Positions 1-13,426 of a stretch of DNA of 64,000 nt are shown one piece after another. Every line of letters begins with the position of its first letter. The first letter of the stretch is position 1. A program made the translations under genes and the position numbers. Source of the DNA: Octopus vulgaris (taxonomy: Eukaryota); NCBI GenBank assembly GCA_951406725.2, contig OX597817.1, forward strand, positions 108,810,001 through 108,874,000, written 5' to 3'. The notes under the pieces were generated by a model, which did not search any database, had not been told where the DNA came from, and was given only the letters and a program-made list of their open reading frames with translations.

Positions 1-120
1 CTGGAAGTGATAGAAAAAGGCAGCTAGTTGTGAGAGCAGACAAAATCACTTCCTCACCAGCTTTCGAATGATGTCACCTCGTTGCCTAGGTGGGCTGGCT
101 AACATCTCCCTGGGTGCAGT

Positions 121-256
121 GTTTAGTCTATGTCAGGGTTACCCTGAACAACGTGAAAGGAAATGCTTTGCTCAAGAATACAACGCACCACCGAATCGAA
201 ACCACTATCTTGCGATAATGAGTGCAACATCCTAACCACCAGGCCATGCATCTTCA
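121..256 (-). mobile_element. Degenerate tRNA-derived SINE (family E) fragment
   Basis: Minus strand reads ...GCATGGCCTGGTGGTTAGGATG...GGTTTCGATTCGG (A/B-box-like). Similar to 16395-16579. Confidence 0.6.
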
Positions 257-820
257 AATAATGAAACACACACACATACACGCGCGCGCGCATGAACACA
301 CACACACACACACACACACACGAGTGCATGTATTTGTGTGTATTAATCCTTTTATATTAAAGTAAGTTAAAGAATTTAATCGCTCATGTAGGAATTGATT
401 GCAAATACTGAAAGGCTTGTGTACCTTTTGTTCTCCATCGCAACTATCAACGATTTCAGCCAACTAAGAACCCTTTCACTCAGCGATTCTCAACACCTTA
501 TTTGTTGTTTCCTTCCACGATTTCAAGTATTCTGTCATTTACCTCTTTACCCCTATGCAAAAACACTGGCTAAATTAACACTGTATTTAGATGTTCATTC
601 TACTTCCAAAAAGCATCAAGCTATTTTCTCAGACTTTGTCCCAATTTACGTATTTCCAGCGCATAAAAAAATAAATCTGATAAATTGAGACTAGAAAAAA
701 TATTACAAAGACTCTTCTATCACCGTTTTATATTTTGTGTTCCGTAGTAATATGGTCTCATATTAAATCAAACATCATAATGATGTTACTCGATCGATTA
801 CTAATTTTATCATTACACCC

Positions 821-831
821 ATATATGTATG

Positions 832-874
<43 letters not shown>

Positions 875-962
875 ATGTGCGTGTATGTGTGTGTCTATGT
901 GTATTCATGTACACACACACAAACATACATATATATATGTATATATGTATGTATACACACAT

Positions 963-1029
<67 letters not shown>

Positions 1030-1033
1030 CACA
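821..1033. repeat. Compound (TA)n/(TG)n/(CATA)n microsatellite
   Basis: Direct reading. Confidence 0.95.
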
Positions 1034-1280
1034 CCACTTTATCTGACACTGCTATGTCTATATATGCCACAGACAACAGACAAATTGCTTGGTTGTGTTT
1101 GCTTAAATGCATTTACAGAACTGCAAACTTTCGTCACTATCTCTTCTATGACATTAGTAATCAGCAATTATACGATCAACCAGCCAGTTAGCGAAGCTGT
1201 GATTTCAGTGATAGTGCATCAGAAAAAGGATAAAGATAAAATGATCAATTACAATTATCAATATTTGTATTGTATTGAAT

Positions 1281-1400
1281 GGGGCGAGCTGGTAGAATCG
1301 TTAGCGCGCCGGGCACAATACTTAGCCGCATTTCGTCTGTCTATGTTCTGAGTTGAATTTTTTCCGAGGTCGACTTTGCCTGTCATCCTTTCGGGGTGGA
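1281..1400 (+). mobile_element. SINE family A, 5' part
   Basis: GGCGAGCTGGTAGAATCGTTAGC...GAGGTCGACTTTGCCTGTCATCCTTTCGGGG matches the copies at 10268 and 43933. Confidence 0.85.
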
Positions 1401-1559
1401 CTCAAAATCTCTCCTCGATCACCACCAGCAGCAAAACTACCACCAACGTACCACCTCCAAACCACCACCACTAGCATGCAACTACTAGTGATTTCAGATT
1501 ACTTTTAATTTCAGGTTACCTCCCAGTAACTGGAGTTATATTATCAAGAGATAGAACAA

Positions 1560-2080
1560 ATTTGAAATGATGCTTGTAGAGTGGTAATGCTTTATGTGAA
1601 TGGTTTACTGCTCCAGAAGAAGAGGGAGCAGGTAAAGGATCCACAGTTAGTGTGGCAAAGGATGAAAAAACTATGATCCGGAAGATCAAGCAGAATGTAG
1701 TTGCATCTGGAAGAAGATAGCGATAAGATTACTCATGGAAGAAGTGGGATGTAACAGAATTAGATTGGAAGAAACGGAAATGGTGAAGGATGGTGCATTA
1801 GAGACGTAAGGTGACAATCGTGGTTGTGGAGAAAAGTCACTTGGTGGTATATTCGTTTCAAGGCATTGGAATGAGACACTGTCAACAACGCAGGCATGAT
1901 GGCATAAAAAAAAAATCGACGTTGGGTTGAAAATAAGCAACTTTTGTGAAGCAGCGAACCGTCTGGTGCGGCTGGGCAATGAAAGAAATAGTTGCGAAGA
2001 AATCGCGTAGGGGAGAGAAGAACTGGTGTAAGCGAAGTAATACGATGTGGAAGACAGCCAGTTTGTAAAAGACAATGGTG
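1560..2080 (-). mobile_element. Possible highly decayed Penelope-like element remnant (region leading into the GIY-YIG endonuclease)
   Basis: Minus ORF contains FSPQPRLSPYVSNAPSF...TSSMSNLIAI, loosely like the PLE FxPCxxPRCxxC...TCxSxNLIY pattern, but the cysteines are lost. Confidence 0.3.
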
Positions 2081-2132
2081 GAAATGTTTGGATGATTAAT
2101 AGAATTAATGCTTTGGTATAACTTAATCTTAG

Positions 2133-2803
2133 GTTTTCCGATGCTGAATGTACACGTTCTGGTAAGTTAGATCAAAGATTGAAAATTGAAAATTATAATT
2201 ATGCATGACTCAATACTTTAATCCCCAAAACTGAACGAAATAGTAGTGGAATTCAAGAAGTGATATCTGGAATAGAGAAATGCGAAAAAAGAACGGTAAT
2301 TTCTGTCTCATCTGTTATTAATAAGTTACAAAACAACTGACGTTAACTGGAACGTATCCATTTTTGTTCTCGAAGAAAAATATTATTTCAGAAGAAAAAG
2401 AAGGCGATATTTTTACATTAAAAGAAACAAAGTATGCCTTTTATGTTACTTTAAATAGTATTACCTATCTGAAAGAATTACCTAGCTACAAGAATAATAT
2501 TTCTAACCTAGTCACAATGTCAGATGACTTGCCTTCTTACACCATGTTTCACTACAGTTTACTGAAAAATCACTCGATTCAAAATATAAATTATAAAATG
2601 GCAGAACAACAAAGTGATGAATCGATAGCACTTTAGATTATCAGCTGATGAATCAATGTTTCATACCTTTTCACTGACGCTGATCTTCAACGATAGTGAA
2701 CTTTTTGTTAGTTGTCAAGTGCAATTTGCAGTAAACAGATGTTATCGAAAAGTAAACCTAGAAAACGCTGGGCAGATCTCTGGTCAAAGAATAATACAAA
2801 CAG
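2133..2803 (+). pseudogene. Decayed exon-like segment of an unidentified host gene
   Basis: Starts after CTTAG and ends before GTAAAT. Mostly open reading with stops and frameshifts (FSDAECTRSGKLDQRLKIEN...EEKEGDIFTLKETKYAFY...LTLIFNDSELFVSCQVQF). Confidence 0.35.
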
Positions 2804-3180
2804 TAAATAATAATTTTATAAATAGGTTATCCTAGACAAATTTTATTCCGTATGTCCTTCCTTTTATTAAAGAATCGTAGAGTGAAACTTTCATAGTGAT
2901 TTGGTTGGTATTTCTAGAAATTAGAAGAACCATGCAGAAGCTAATGTGATGTTAGAATTTATGACTAATGTAGGGATTAACCACTGTATAAATTGTTAGA
3001 TTTCTGATTGCTTAGAGCCCTGGGTTCAAGCTAATTAAGAAGTTCACATTGCACTTTAATTATTCCTCATCGGTAATGCTGTGCGGCACCGAAGACAAGA
3101 GTCTTATTCCTTATCCTCAGGTTGAACAATAAGTGATATGTCGTGTTTGTATATATGTATTATATATGTATATATGTATG

Positions 3181-3227
<47 letters not shown>

Positions 3228-3276
3228 GCACACACACACACACACACGCACACACACACACAAACACACACACATA

Positions 3277-4513
3277 TTAGGTCGTCAAGTATGAAATTTG
3301 TAGTAAGGTATATGGTGAAATGTGACAGCTACTCGTTTTGCATAATTTTTTTTATTTTGACAATCTTTATTTATTATTAGAAATCTGACACATCTATGTC
3401 TTTATTCTATCTCATTTTGAGCTTTATAAAGTATTTATAAATCGTGTTTGCTATTTTTCTTTAGAAATAGATAAGTCAGAAATTCGTACAGTTTTGAAAT
3501 ATGAGTTCTTTCTTGGAAATGCTGCATTTCATTCTAATGTTATTACACAGCAGGCAGTATCAAATTGGTTTGCAATATTTCGTTCTAGTAACTTTGACCT
3601 CACAAATGAGCAATGCGGTCGACCAGAAACAAAGGTGGATAATAACGAACTGAAAATCACCGTCGAGTCAGATTCATCTCAAAGTGCCCGTGAATTTGCG
3701 TTGTTGTTTGCCGTCAGCAAGTAAACAATATTGACTCACCTAGTTGAAATCGGTAAAGTAAAAAAGTTGGATAAATGGGTTCTATTTAAACTCAATGAAA
3801 ATCAAAAATAGCAACATTTGGAAGTCTACATTATGCTAATTTCACGTCACAAAAATGAAAACTTTTAAAATCGAGTTGTATCATGTAATGAGAAATGGAA
3901 CCAATACAACAACCGTAAACGTTCAGCACAATGGTTGGACAAAGACGAGCCACCAAAACACCGTCCAAAAGGCAAAATTCATCAAAAGAAGCTGATGGTG
4001 TGTGTTTGGTAGTGTGGCGCAGGTGTGATCGATTACGGTTCCATTAAAATTGGCTCATTAATCACGGCCGAACTATTCTGCAACCAACTGGACCAAATGA
4101 TGCGGAAAAAACAAAACAAAAAAAACAGCCTAGATTAGTTAACAGATCCACTCCTATTTTATTGCAAGTCAACGCCAGACCACACATCGCAAAAATGACA
4201 TTGGTGAAACGACAGGAGTTGGAGTTGGAAGTTCTCCATCATCCACCATACTCATCTGATCTTGTCCCCATTGACTAGCACTTCCTCCAGAATTTGGATA
4301 ACTTTTTGATAGGAATTGCTGTAAAACAGTCCTTCCAAGATTTTATTGACTCTAAATTGCCAGAATTTTACAGTTCTGGGTTGAACAAGATACTGCTGAA
4401 ATGGCAAAATTGTATTGACAATATGGGTGCATTGTTTGATGAATAAAACTATTCCATGTATCTATTAAACATGAGCAAACTTTTTCTTTTCTGCAAATTT
4501 CATACCTGACGAC

Positions 4514-4517
<4 letters not shown>
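3277..4517 (+). mobile_element. Mariner (Tc1/mariner, DD34D) transposon, decayed but with both TIRs
   Basis: TIRs TTAGGTCGTCAAGTATGAAATTTG / CAAATTTCATACCTGACGACCTAA with TA on both sides. Disrupted transposase ~3467-4445 with KWVLFKL, SCNEKW, VNARPH and HPPYSSDLVP motif remnants. Confidence 0.95.
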
Positions 4518-4552
<35 letters not shown>

Positions 4553-4894
4553 ATTGATTGGTTGATTGATTGTCAATGTACCATATATTCGAATAATTAG
4601 AACACTTTAAAGTATAGAGCAGAAAAGTACTAAAGTTAAAATCTGGACCATTCAAGCGCTAGCTGCTACAGATTCGGGATCTCTCGTTCGCTGATTATGC
4701 TCGTATGAGTCCTTACGATCTGTCAGCAGGCCACGATATAGATTCCTATTTCTCAATATTGGCTGGTCTAGGGACGACAACCCGTCCTCACCAACACCGG
4801 AACATTCATTCCATGATGGACTTCTGACCAATTGACAGTAACAATTTTCCACCTCCGGGAGGCGAAAAGTTAAATTTGTTAAATTCGTCTTTGT

Positions 4895-4960
4895 ATAGAG
4901 TCTGATGAGCTGTCCACAAAGCTCCGACTTTCGTGAATGCGAAACCATTGGTCACTCCAT
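4895..4960 (+). ncRNA. Type I hammerhead ribozyme
   Basis: ATAGAGT-CTGATGA(4902-4908)-GC...GC-GAAA(4941-4944)-CCATTGG-TC-ACTCCAT. Full core, GUC cleavage site after 4953, stem I GAGT/ACTC. Confidence 0.75.
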
Positions 4961-4984
4961 GACCAAACTTAAAATTTGGTGCGT

Positions 4985-5077
<93 letters not shown>

Positions 5078-5613
5078 GTGTACGTGTGTATTCTTGTGCG
5101 TACTCGTGTGCGTATCTGCATAATATATTTGAATACACACATGTGTATGTGTATCTCTCGCTGATGTAGATTTATAAAGGATTTAAATATGGATGAGCAA
5201 AAGAAGTAACCTTCGCTTTAAAATGACGCTTCTTGATATATTAGACACTGAGTTTGACATTACGTAGTCCCTGTTGCTGCCAGAAATACTGTGACGTAGT
5301 GATTGGCTTTCTTGAAACATTAAGCAAAATACGTTATTGTTCACAATTTAGGGTGTAAAACAGCGTGAATAAATTAATATGTTACATATAGTAAAGTTTT
5401 CTGGATTATGTTACCCAAGATATTTGAGCAGATGTAGTTAACTCTCCCTTAAATCTCATGCTCTCTTTATAAATATACAATGAATTACTAGAGAATGTCC
5501 TAGGCACACTAAATAAAGGTTAGGCTTGTGTTGACAGAAAAGCTTTTGATCTCTTGGTCAACCACTAGTATGTCATCGAAGTTTACAAAAGCTATCACTA
5601 CATTGTCTTTTAG

Positions 5614-7728
5614 GACTTTCATTTAATTCTGAGTTCCACTTGATAACCGAAAATGGTGAACATTGCAATGCAGTGTCATGTAGAATATTTTATGCTTGTA
5701 CAATCAATGATATTTAATACATTACTGTATATTCGAAAACCTTTCGGTCTGAAAATAATCCCTGGAGTAATTTCCCCTCTTATACAGCATACGTGAAAAC
5801 ACACTGAATGGGGTCATTGGATTCTGGAGTAATATTAATGGAAAAGAAATCTGCGGCAATACATACATTGGCAGTTAATCGAGCTTTAACCTAGTGGGCT
5901 AAGGGTCGATTGTTGAGATAATACTTGCTTTAGATAAACAAGACCAAGGTGGAGTTTTGATATGACACAGTGTTCACTTAGGGGATTTCCACCTATACCA
6001 CAATAAATCTTCTATTACTTCATAATGGCAAAAATGAAAGCACATATTCCGGTGAACTATAAAACAGTTAATTGTACTTTCAGCTATAGCTTTTTAATTA
6101 TATCTTGATATGATATTTTCATATCTACTCGTGATCAATTAAGTAGGTATTGGGCATAAATAACAGTAATAAAACATATAACACGGCCAATGTATACAAA
6201 TAGTGCTGCTACTGAAATAACATATAGTAGAATAGAAATGTTGTTTTTAAAAACTGTGTTGAGTGCTATGAGTCTATGGCAATGTTTTTCAAAGAGATAT
6301 CGATAATCCTCAAGAGATTTAAGGTTTCGAAGCAAAACACTCAAACAATTCAGGAAGTTGAATGATAATTTCAATAGCAGCATATTGATAGAATCTAGAG
6401 ATATGGCTTCTTGTTTCTCAGCTACTTCTCTCTAGAAACTATGTCTTTGTTCTATAAAATGTAAATAGAATCATTCGAACAACGGAGAATGACTGTAATG
6501 TAAACTAACTGAATAGAAATCAATGACAACATGATCATTTGGCTCTCAGAATTCGGTCGAGGTTTAACTATGTCTGAAACCTTTTCGAAATAATGCAATT
6601 TTCAACTTTCTGAGATACATTTTTTTCATAATTTCTATGTTATCTCTGCCATCATCTATCTTGGAGGATTTATATGAACTAAAAACGTTCCGAAAAATGT
6701 AATAAATATGTTTACATAATAGAATTATAGAGAGGTTACTAATAAAGTTCTTGCAATCGCGATAACTGATTTTAAAATTATATAAAATTATTAGATGTTA
6801 TATGATAAAGTTTTACGTTTTGTGTAAACAGAAATAATTCGACATTAACCTCATGCACCGGGAAAATCTTATGAAGATGTATTTCTGCTTCAGCACATAA
6901 TTTTATTCGAGATATTACTGGGAGACACTAAAAGAATTTATTGAAAACTGATAGACAAATGCTGTTTAGCAGCTGATTTCTTTTGCCGATCTTACAACAT
7001 CGTTGATTGTCAGACCATTCTCATCGATTATTTTCTTCACAAAGACGGAAAGAGAATGTCTTCAGAAAAAGAAAGCTACTTTTTAAAATGTAACATATAA
7101 AACAATGACTATATTCATTCTTTGAAAACGATAGAAGCATTTGCTCTTTAATAAAATAAACATAACACCCCTACCAAACCGAAGTTTGAGAGAAAGAAAA
7201 TTCATGGAAACTTATTTGAACTAATTCTTATTTTTTTCTTAACGAGGGTTACAAAAAATATGCATAAATTTACACAACAACAACATACGTAAGTAATTAG
7301 AAAGGAGAAAGTTTTATGACTGTTGTTCATGCTGATGAAAGAATTGGCTCTCGTGTTTATCGTCTCTTCTGAGAAAAGCATTCAATAATATGCAAAGGAT
7401 ATTGATTTTCATAAAGTAATAATGAGGATAAGGAGGATAGTAGAGCAAAGAGTACAATTCAGATTATAACCAATCAGGGTATTGCTGAACTGATGTTTCG
7501 CAACAATCTCATGCAAATTGGAGATATGACATTCTTCATACACTAGCCTAAATAAAATTCTAAATTTTAAGATCTCATTCAAAGCAGAGAAGACTCACAA
7601 GTTAGATAATATATGTGAATATCATCGTTTCTACTGATACTCAGTGTCTACGATTGGAAATGTTTACCTTTGATGCTGGAAAACCCAGAGGACGAGCTGG
7701 CCGTTGGCGAACACCATCTGATCATTGC
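5614..7728 (+). pseudogene. Long decayed coding-like segment (possible AlbA_2/P-loop gene remnant)
   Basis: Begins after TTTTAG and ends at CCG|GTAGGC. Interrupted frames include YSKTF...VIGFWSNINGKEICGNTYIGS*SSFNLVG, IIWLSEFGRGLT and FDAGKPRGRAGRWRTPSDHCIQVVPNPQKP. Confidence 0.35.
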
Positions 7729-9219
7729 ATTCAAGTTGTTCCCAACCCACAAAAACCGGTAGGCGTTTTATTTTAATTCAACTTTTAAATACATTGTTAA
7801 TATTCAGTTTTGAAAATATACAATTGCTTATATACACTTTATTAATAATATTGATTTGTTACCAATGCACACATCACTGAGTTTATAGCCGTAGCTTCCC
7901 AGTGGAACTAACGATGCAAAAGAAGTTAAGCTAGTAGATCAACAACTTATCTCAGTTCTTTAGTGTTCAAATCTAGTCTATAATAATTTTTGACAGGCAC
8001 AAAACATGCGGAAAAATAAGAAAAAGAAGTTGTGATGTTTTGTTTCCCATAGGGTCATTAACAGAGGAAATGAAAAGACTGAACTTCCACTAGAACTTGA
8101 AACTTCACCAAGTGGATTTAATTCGCTAGTGGCTTCAGCTTCTTATTACAAGTTTCATCTTATGACGATTGAATTGATTGGGCTAGAAACAAGCTGTATA
8201 CTGACCTGAGACGATGTATTGTTACTGAGGAGTGCAGAGAGGTAAAACTAAATAATGCAATTCATTTAACAAAACGTTCCTTTGTTTCTACCAGAATTCC
8301 ATCTTCGAAATAAATGCATATAACTATATGGATTAATATAGAAATCCTCATTATGTTTATTTTTCCACCACCAGAATTTGAATGTGCATGTTTCATGTAG
8401 GCCTTAGAACTCCAATCATATATTTCAATGGATTTTGTAGATAACGTAACATGCTCTATTCACTAGTTTAGAAAGTGTAAAATCAAAAGTATTTGTAGGA
8501 TATTGACTGCTTATTAAACCATACTAGGAACAGTATGGTAGAATCGACGACAACCAAAGTATTATCTGTGTATTTTAAGAAAACGGAAAATCTTGGACGG
8601 AAATTGATTTTAATCAATTCAATGTTTCTGTTTTAAAGGTATTTATAACCTAATCTAATGAAATAATTTTCAAGTTTTATCCCCACCACTGTAAAAGAGA
8701 AATTTTATTCATTCCTTTGATTCTCAATTGACAGGATTGATTACTCTATATAACTTTACATCGTTTCTATTCCGTAAATAACAATATAGATAGTGGATAT
8801 TCTAATAAAATCTAGTATAAATGGAAAATATTTTAAGTTCAAACTAAATGTTACAGGGTTAATCTAGGATTGTTCGAAGAATGTACATTTTTATTTCAAA
8901 GTATAGATACTTATGCAAATGTCAAATGAGAGATGCAACGATGTAATCACACGACTTGCTAGAAAAGTAGTCAAATGTCTTTCAAATTACACTGTTGAAG
9001 CAAAGTAATCCTATTTAATATCTGAAGATATGTTCTAAAATTCGACAGGATGGTCTAAATTAGAACGCTTTTGATTTTAGGTACATTTCATAAGAACTGG
9101 CCTACGTCAAAGCAATAATAGTTACAATATATATAGCAAAGTGAGTTCTTTGTTATAATCGAATATATGTCTCCTTGTTTTAGTATTGGCGCATTAACCC
9201 CTATAACTATAACTAATCT

Positions 9220-9409
9220 TTTCTACTCTAGGCACAGGGCCCCAAATTTTAGGGGAAGGGCCAGTCGATCCCACTACGCAACTGGTACTTAATTTACCTA
9301 CCCCGAAAGAATGAAAGGCAAAATTGACCTCAGCGGAATTTGAACTCAGAACGTTAAGACGCTAAGCATTTCGCCCGACGTGCTAACGTTTCTGTCAGCT
9401 CGCCGCCTT
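9220..9409 (-). mobile_element. SINE family A
   Basis: Reverse complement of the GGCGGCGAGCTG...TTCTGAGTTCAAATTCCGC head and body. Confidence 0.85.
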
Positions 9410-9732
9410 CCTATAGCTATGAATATTAAAATAAATTACAATTACAATATAATAGCTTGAATTTGAATAATTCAACTTGTCTTCAGGTATTGTTTTGCGT
9501 CCAAGTTGCTGGTCAAGAGTCATACGATTGTCAGCATTCCAATCTGTTTTCTTACACTCACTTTTTATCCAACGTCTAAGGAGCACATTCATTATTAAAA
9601 TTAAGGACTCCCAGTCAACTCGGGCTTGTGCTAACAGATCTCACCATTTATTCGCTGTCCATTAACCTTCGTATGTCCCGCATATGTATATTCATACGCA
9701 TATGGTCATCGAATATATATTCAAAACTATAG

Positions 9733-10023
9733 ATTCCTTAATAGTTTTGATGATAATGATGATAGAAAACATATAACTCTGGAGGTTACATTTTATTCAG
9801 ATTTAGCATTCAGCTGTATAAGTTTAAGTAAAGTTAGAATTTGCTTTTGACTTTCGTAGGTGGTGATAAACAAATATCAATATAAAAACTTAGTTTACTG
9901 CTAATAAAATTAGTCACTGACGTTTCCTCAAAGAAACCATCTGCAACAGAAAACAATAGTCAAATTAGTACTAACACACTCAATTTAATAAACATAGACG
10001 TTCTAGATAGAAATATATATGCG
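9733..10023 (+). pseudogene. Decayed exon-like segment
   Basis: CTATAG acceptor and GCG|GTAAGT donor. Reads FLNSFDDNDDRKHITLEVTFYSDLAFSC... with stops and one frameshift. Confidence 0.3.
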
Positions 10024-10154
10024 GTAAGTTAGACGACATTAGCTCAAAGACAAATAATATCTCATTATTTTGATAATTTCGTCTCTAAATATGTTTCAGT
10101 TTTTCCATCAAACCATTTACTTCAACATAGTTATTGCAGTAGCGATGAAAGAGA

Positions 10155-10198
<44 letters not shown>

Positions 10199-10267
10199 CA
10201 GAGAGAGAGACAGAGAGAGAGAGAGAGATGGGGGAGTAAATAGATTTACAATATTTTACCCTTGTAA

Positions 10268-10834
10268 GGCGGCAAGCTGGCAGAATCGTTAGCACGCCGG
10301 GCGAAATGCTTGGCGGTATTTCGTCTGCTGCTACGTTCTGAGTTCAAATTCCGCCGAGGTCGACTTTGCCTTTCATCCTTTCGGGGTCGATTAAATAAGT
10401 ACCAGTTACGCACTGGGGTCGAATATAATCGACCTAATCCGTTTGTCTGTCCTTGTTTGTCCTCTCTGTGTTTAGCCCCTTGTTGGTAGTAAAGAAATAG
10501 GTATTTCGTCTGCCGTTACGTTCTGAGTTCAAATTCCGCCGAGGTCGGCTTTGCCTTTTATCCTTACGGGGTCGATAAATTAAGTACTAGTTACGCACTG
10601 GGGCGATATAATCGACTTAATCCGTTTGTCTGTCCTTGTTTGTCCTCTCTGTGTTTAGCCCCTTGTTGGTAGTAAAGAAATAGGTATTTCGTCTGCCGTT
10701 ACGTTCTGAGTTCAAATTCCGCCGAGGTCGGCTTTGCCTTTTATCCTTACGGGGTCGATAAATTAAGTACTAGTTACGCACTGGGGCGATATAATCGACT
10801 TAATCCGTTTGTCTGTCCTTGTTTGTCCTCTCTG
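10268..10834 (+). mobile_element. SINE family A with its body amplified to about 3 tandem units
   Basis: One head, then units starting GGTATTTCGTCTGC at 10315, 10500 and 10683. Confidence 0.9.
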
Positions 10835-11309
10835 ATTACGTTTGTAGTCCTCTCTGCATTAATTATGTTAAATTGTTTATTGCTAACATACTAAATTTAC
10901 TAGAAAGAGAAAGAGCGAAGAAGGAGTTCGATCCAAACAAATCTAGTTTGTAACTGGATTCTAATCAACGAGAAATAATCTTTCAGTAATTAGAATCCAC
11001 AACTTTGTTTTCGATTCCCGGCTGAAAGTATTTTGCTTTACTTTTCTGTTAATACCACTGGGAAAACATCAATGTTACAACCCCTTATTTTCTACTGCAC
11101 TAGAAAGCAGGATAAGCCTAGATAAAAAAATAAATAAATTAACATTTTATCAAGCATAAAATGTCTAGAGACGACACCGACTTAACTATTATATTTAGTT
11201 CGGTACTTCCTTCATTGCTCTTTGGTCAAATCTTGCTAACGTTAAGTCTTTATATGTTTGTGTTACTAGTTTGATCTATAGAGAGAGCTTATACCTATTA
11301 CCTTCGCAG

Positions 11310-11660
11310 TCCCTCGGAAACTATGGAGGTCATGCAGTTAATGTTCCTTTTTAATAGGAGCCATTTGAAGAATGCGACAAAAATATGAACAAGGAGGCAA
11401 TTCCAGAGGAATGACACACTGGTGAGAAAAGACAGAAAGATATGACTAATATGGGATTTTAAAGGGAATGGGGGATATATCATATGAGTAACTAAGGCGA
11501 AGAGTCTTGAGGGGTGGGCGAACAAGTTTGAAGGTTGTACGAAACCAGTCATCTCCGAGGAGCCGATGTCTCAGTTGTAGTAGCGATAGAAAAGTAAAGA
11601 CATGGCAAATTTGTTGGCCAGTGTTTGCGAAATATAAGGAGTCGAATGAATTGGCTATGA
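11310..11660 (-). mobile_element. CR1/jockey-type LINE 3' remnant
   Basis: Minus-strand SLLFYRYYN and SFLTSVSFLWNCL...KRNIN resemble the conserved C-terminus of CR1/L2/jockey ORF2. Confidence 0.55.
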
Positions 11661-12365
11661 ACGCCTACTATAAATAATAATGTTATGCCAAGGGAATCAA
11701 TATTTCAGCAAACTTAAACCTTATTTTATCTGTAAGTACTTTTAAATGAAGATAAAGCATCTTCCAGACTGCTATTCACAAAACAGAAACACTTGAAAGA
11801 TTCATGATGTTTTCAGTAATTTATTGTTATAAAGGCTAAAGAATTGTTCTCTTTTGTAAACCTTAAATTAATGAAAATACTCCACACTTGGTTCACATTT
11901 TACAACAACAAGCAAAGATTAAGAAAGAAGAAATGCAAGGTAAGTGTATATTTTAAAATGTATTGTTAATATTTTCTGAATTATTTATATAGAAAAGTAA
12001 CTATGAAAGAAAATGTTGCTTTTTATTAAATACAAACGTAAATTCTACTCGATTTCAATACATTAATTTAAAACATAAATCATATATCGCCCCTTGAGGC
12101 TCTGACCATTTAATTTCTAATTGCAATTAATACCCCATGGATTAGAGATTTAATTTATTAGTTATGTGATTGACCTCAATTGAGATGAAAATCGATGCAA
12201 AAACAGACTGTGCTTTCACATGTGGTTTCAACATATTGCTGCTTTTTTTCATGATACACAGGATAATTTAGTCCTGGCAGAGGTATACGTGAATACAAGA
12301 TATGAGGACAGCAACTTATTCAACATAGCATATAGCATCTAGGTAACATTAGTTACCGAGAATTT

Positions 12366-12440
12366 TGAAAGACGTTCAGACAAAATATGAAATTTAGAAT
12401 CTAACGTTCCAAATTTCATATTTTGACTGAACGTCTTTCA
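12366..12440. repeat. Palindrome with 34-bp arms, 2 mismatches and a 7-nt spacer
   Basis: TGAAAGACGTTCAGACAAAATATGAAATTTAGAA / TTCCAAATTTCATATTTTGACTGAACGTCTTTCA. Confidence 0.9.
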
Positions 12441-13426
12441 TGACGTTTATACTCGTTATCATTTAGGAATTGTGAAACATTGAAACGGACTTCTCCAATG
12501 TTCCAGGCCTTATTTATTATTGGTGTGTAATTATGTTCAAATTTCAGAAAATAGAACCAATGTACATTAGCGCTTGGTCTAATGATTCGGCCCGGTCTAT
12601 TGTTGCAAATAAATTGTGGTTTCGCTTAGTTGAGGACCAAGCAACATATGCAGTAGTTTGTTTTATGGGGTGTAGTATAGCAGAGGTATTTTGACAGTTT
12701 GATGCTTTGTTTTCTCTGTTACCTGATTTAATCTTGTATGCAAGCAGAATATGGCCATATCAAAGTAAAGCAATATAAAGATGATCACAACACGATAACT
12801 GCTCCACACATTTTTCTATACCTTATGCTTGTCAGCGCAGAGTTATTTTTTGTTGAAGTTACTTTTATATTTGCATTATTTTTGGGCTTGTTTTTGTATT
12901 TGTCTAGACCGACCGAGTGGGAAGGATAATTTTCTTAGATTGCTTTTAGATTAGGCGTCTGTGATTTTTCTGATTTTGGACGTGTCTTCTGGGTATTTGC
13001 AGATGATATAGCAAATAGTGACAGATGTGTAAGGTGGGGCTGGCTTTGGAACAAGCTGTTTCTTACACATGGAGAATGAGCGATATAATGTGCGTTAATG
13101 CAAAACGATAGCAAACTTCTCTTTGAGTTATCAAATTTAGATCAATTGTATTGAGACAATAGGAAAGAAACACTTTACGTGAACAATTATAAATCAATCA
13201 GCTTATGTCTTTAACCGAAACAATTAGTAATCTCAATCACTTGGTATAGTTATATAACAAAGAATCACAAAACATTTTTAACCAATATCTCATTATCTGC
13301 TTTTCAACGGTTAGCCTGACTGTACTTTTTCATATTTATTTTACACTATTTCGTGTAAAAACACTCGATATCATATACATAAACTCACATAAATACAGCC
13401 CCCCCCATATATATATATACATATAG

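Noticed and set aside
735-1351. ORFs rich in YI/HT/CV repeats, here and at many other sites
   Set aside because: They are translations of (TA)n, (CA)n and (CATA)n microsatellites.
7689-7703. GRAGR as helicase motif VI
   Set aside because: No preceding Q and no recognisable motifs I-V in order.
5614-7728. Stops rescued by A-to-I editing or an alternative genetic code
   Set aside because: All three stop types occur together with frameshifts; ordinary decay is the simpler explanation.
10315-10834. CRISPR-like array
   Set aside because: Long tandem SINE bodies without unique spacers, in eukaryotic DNA.
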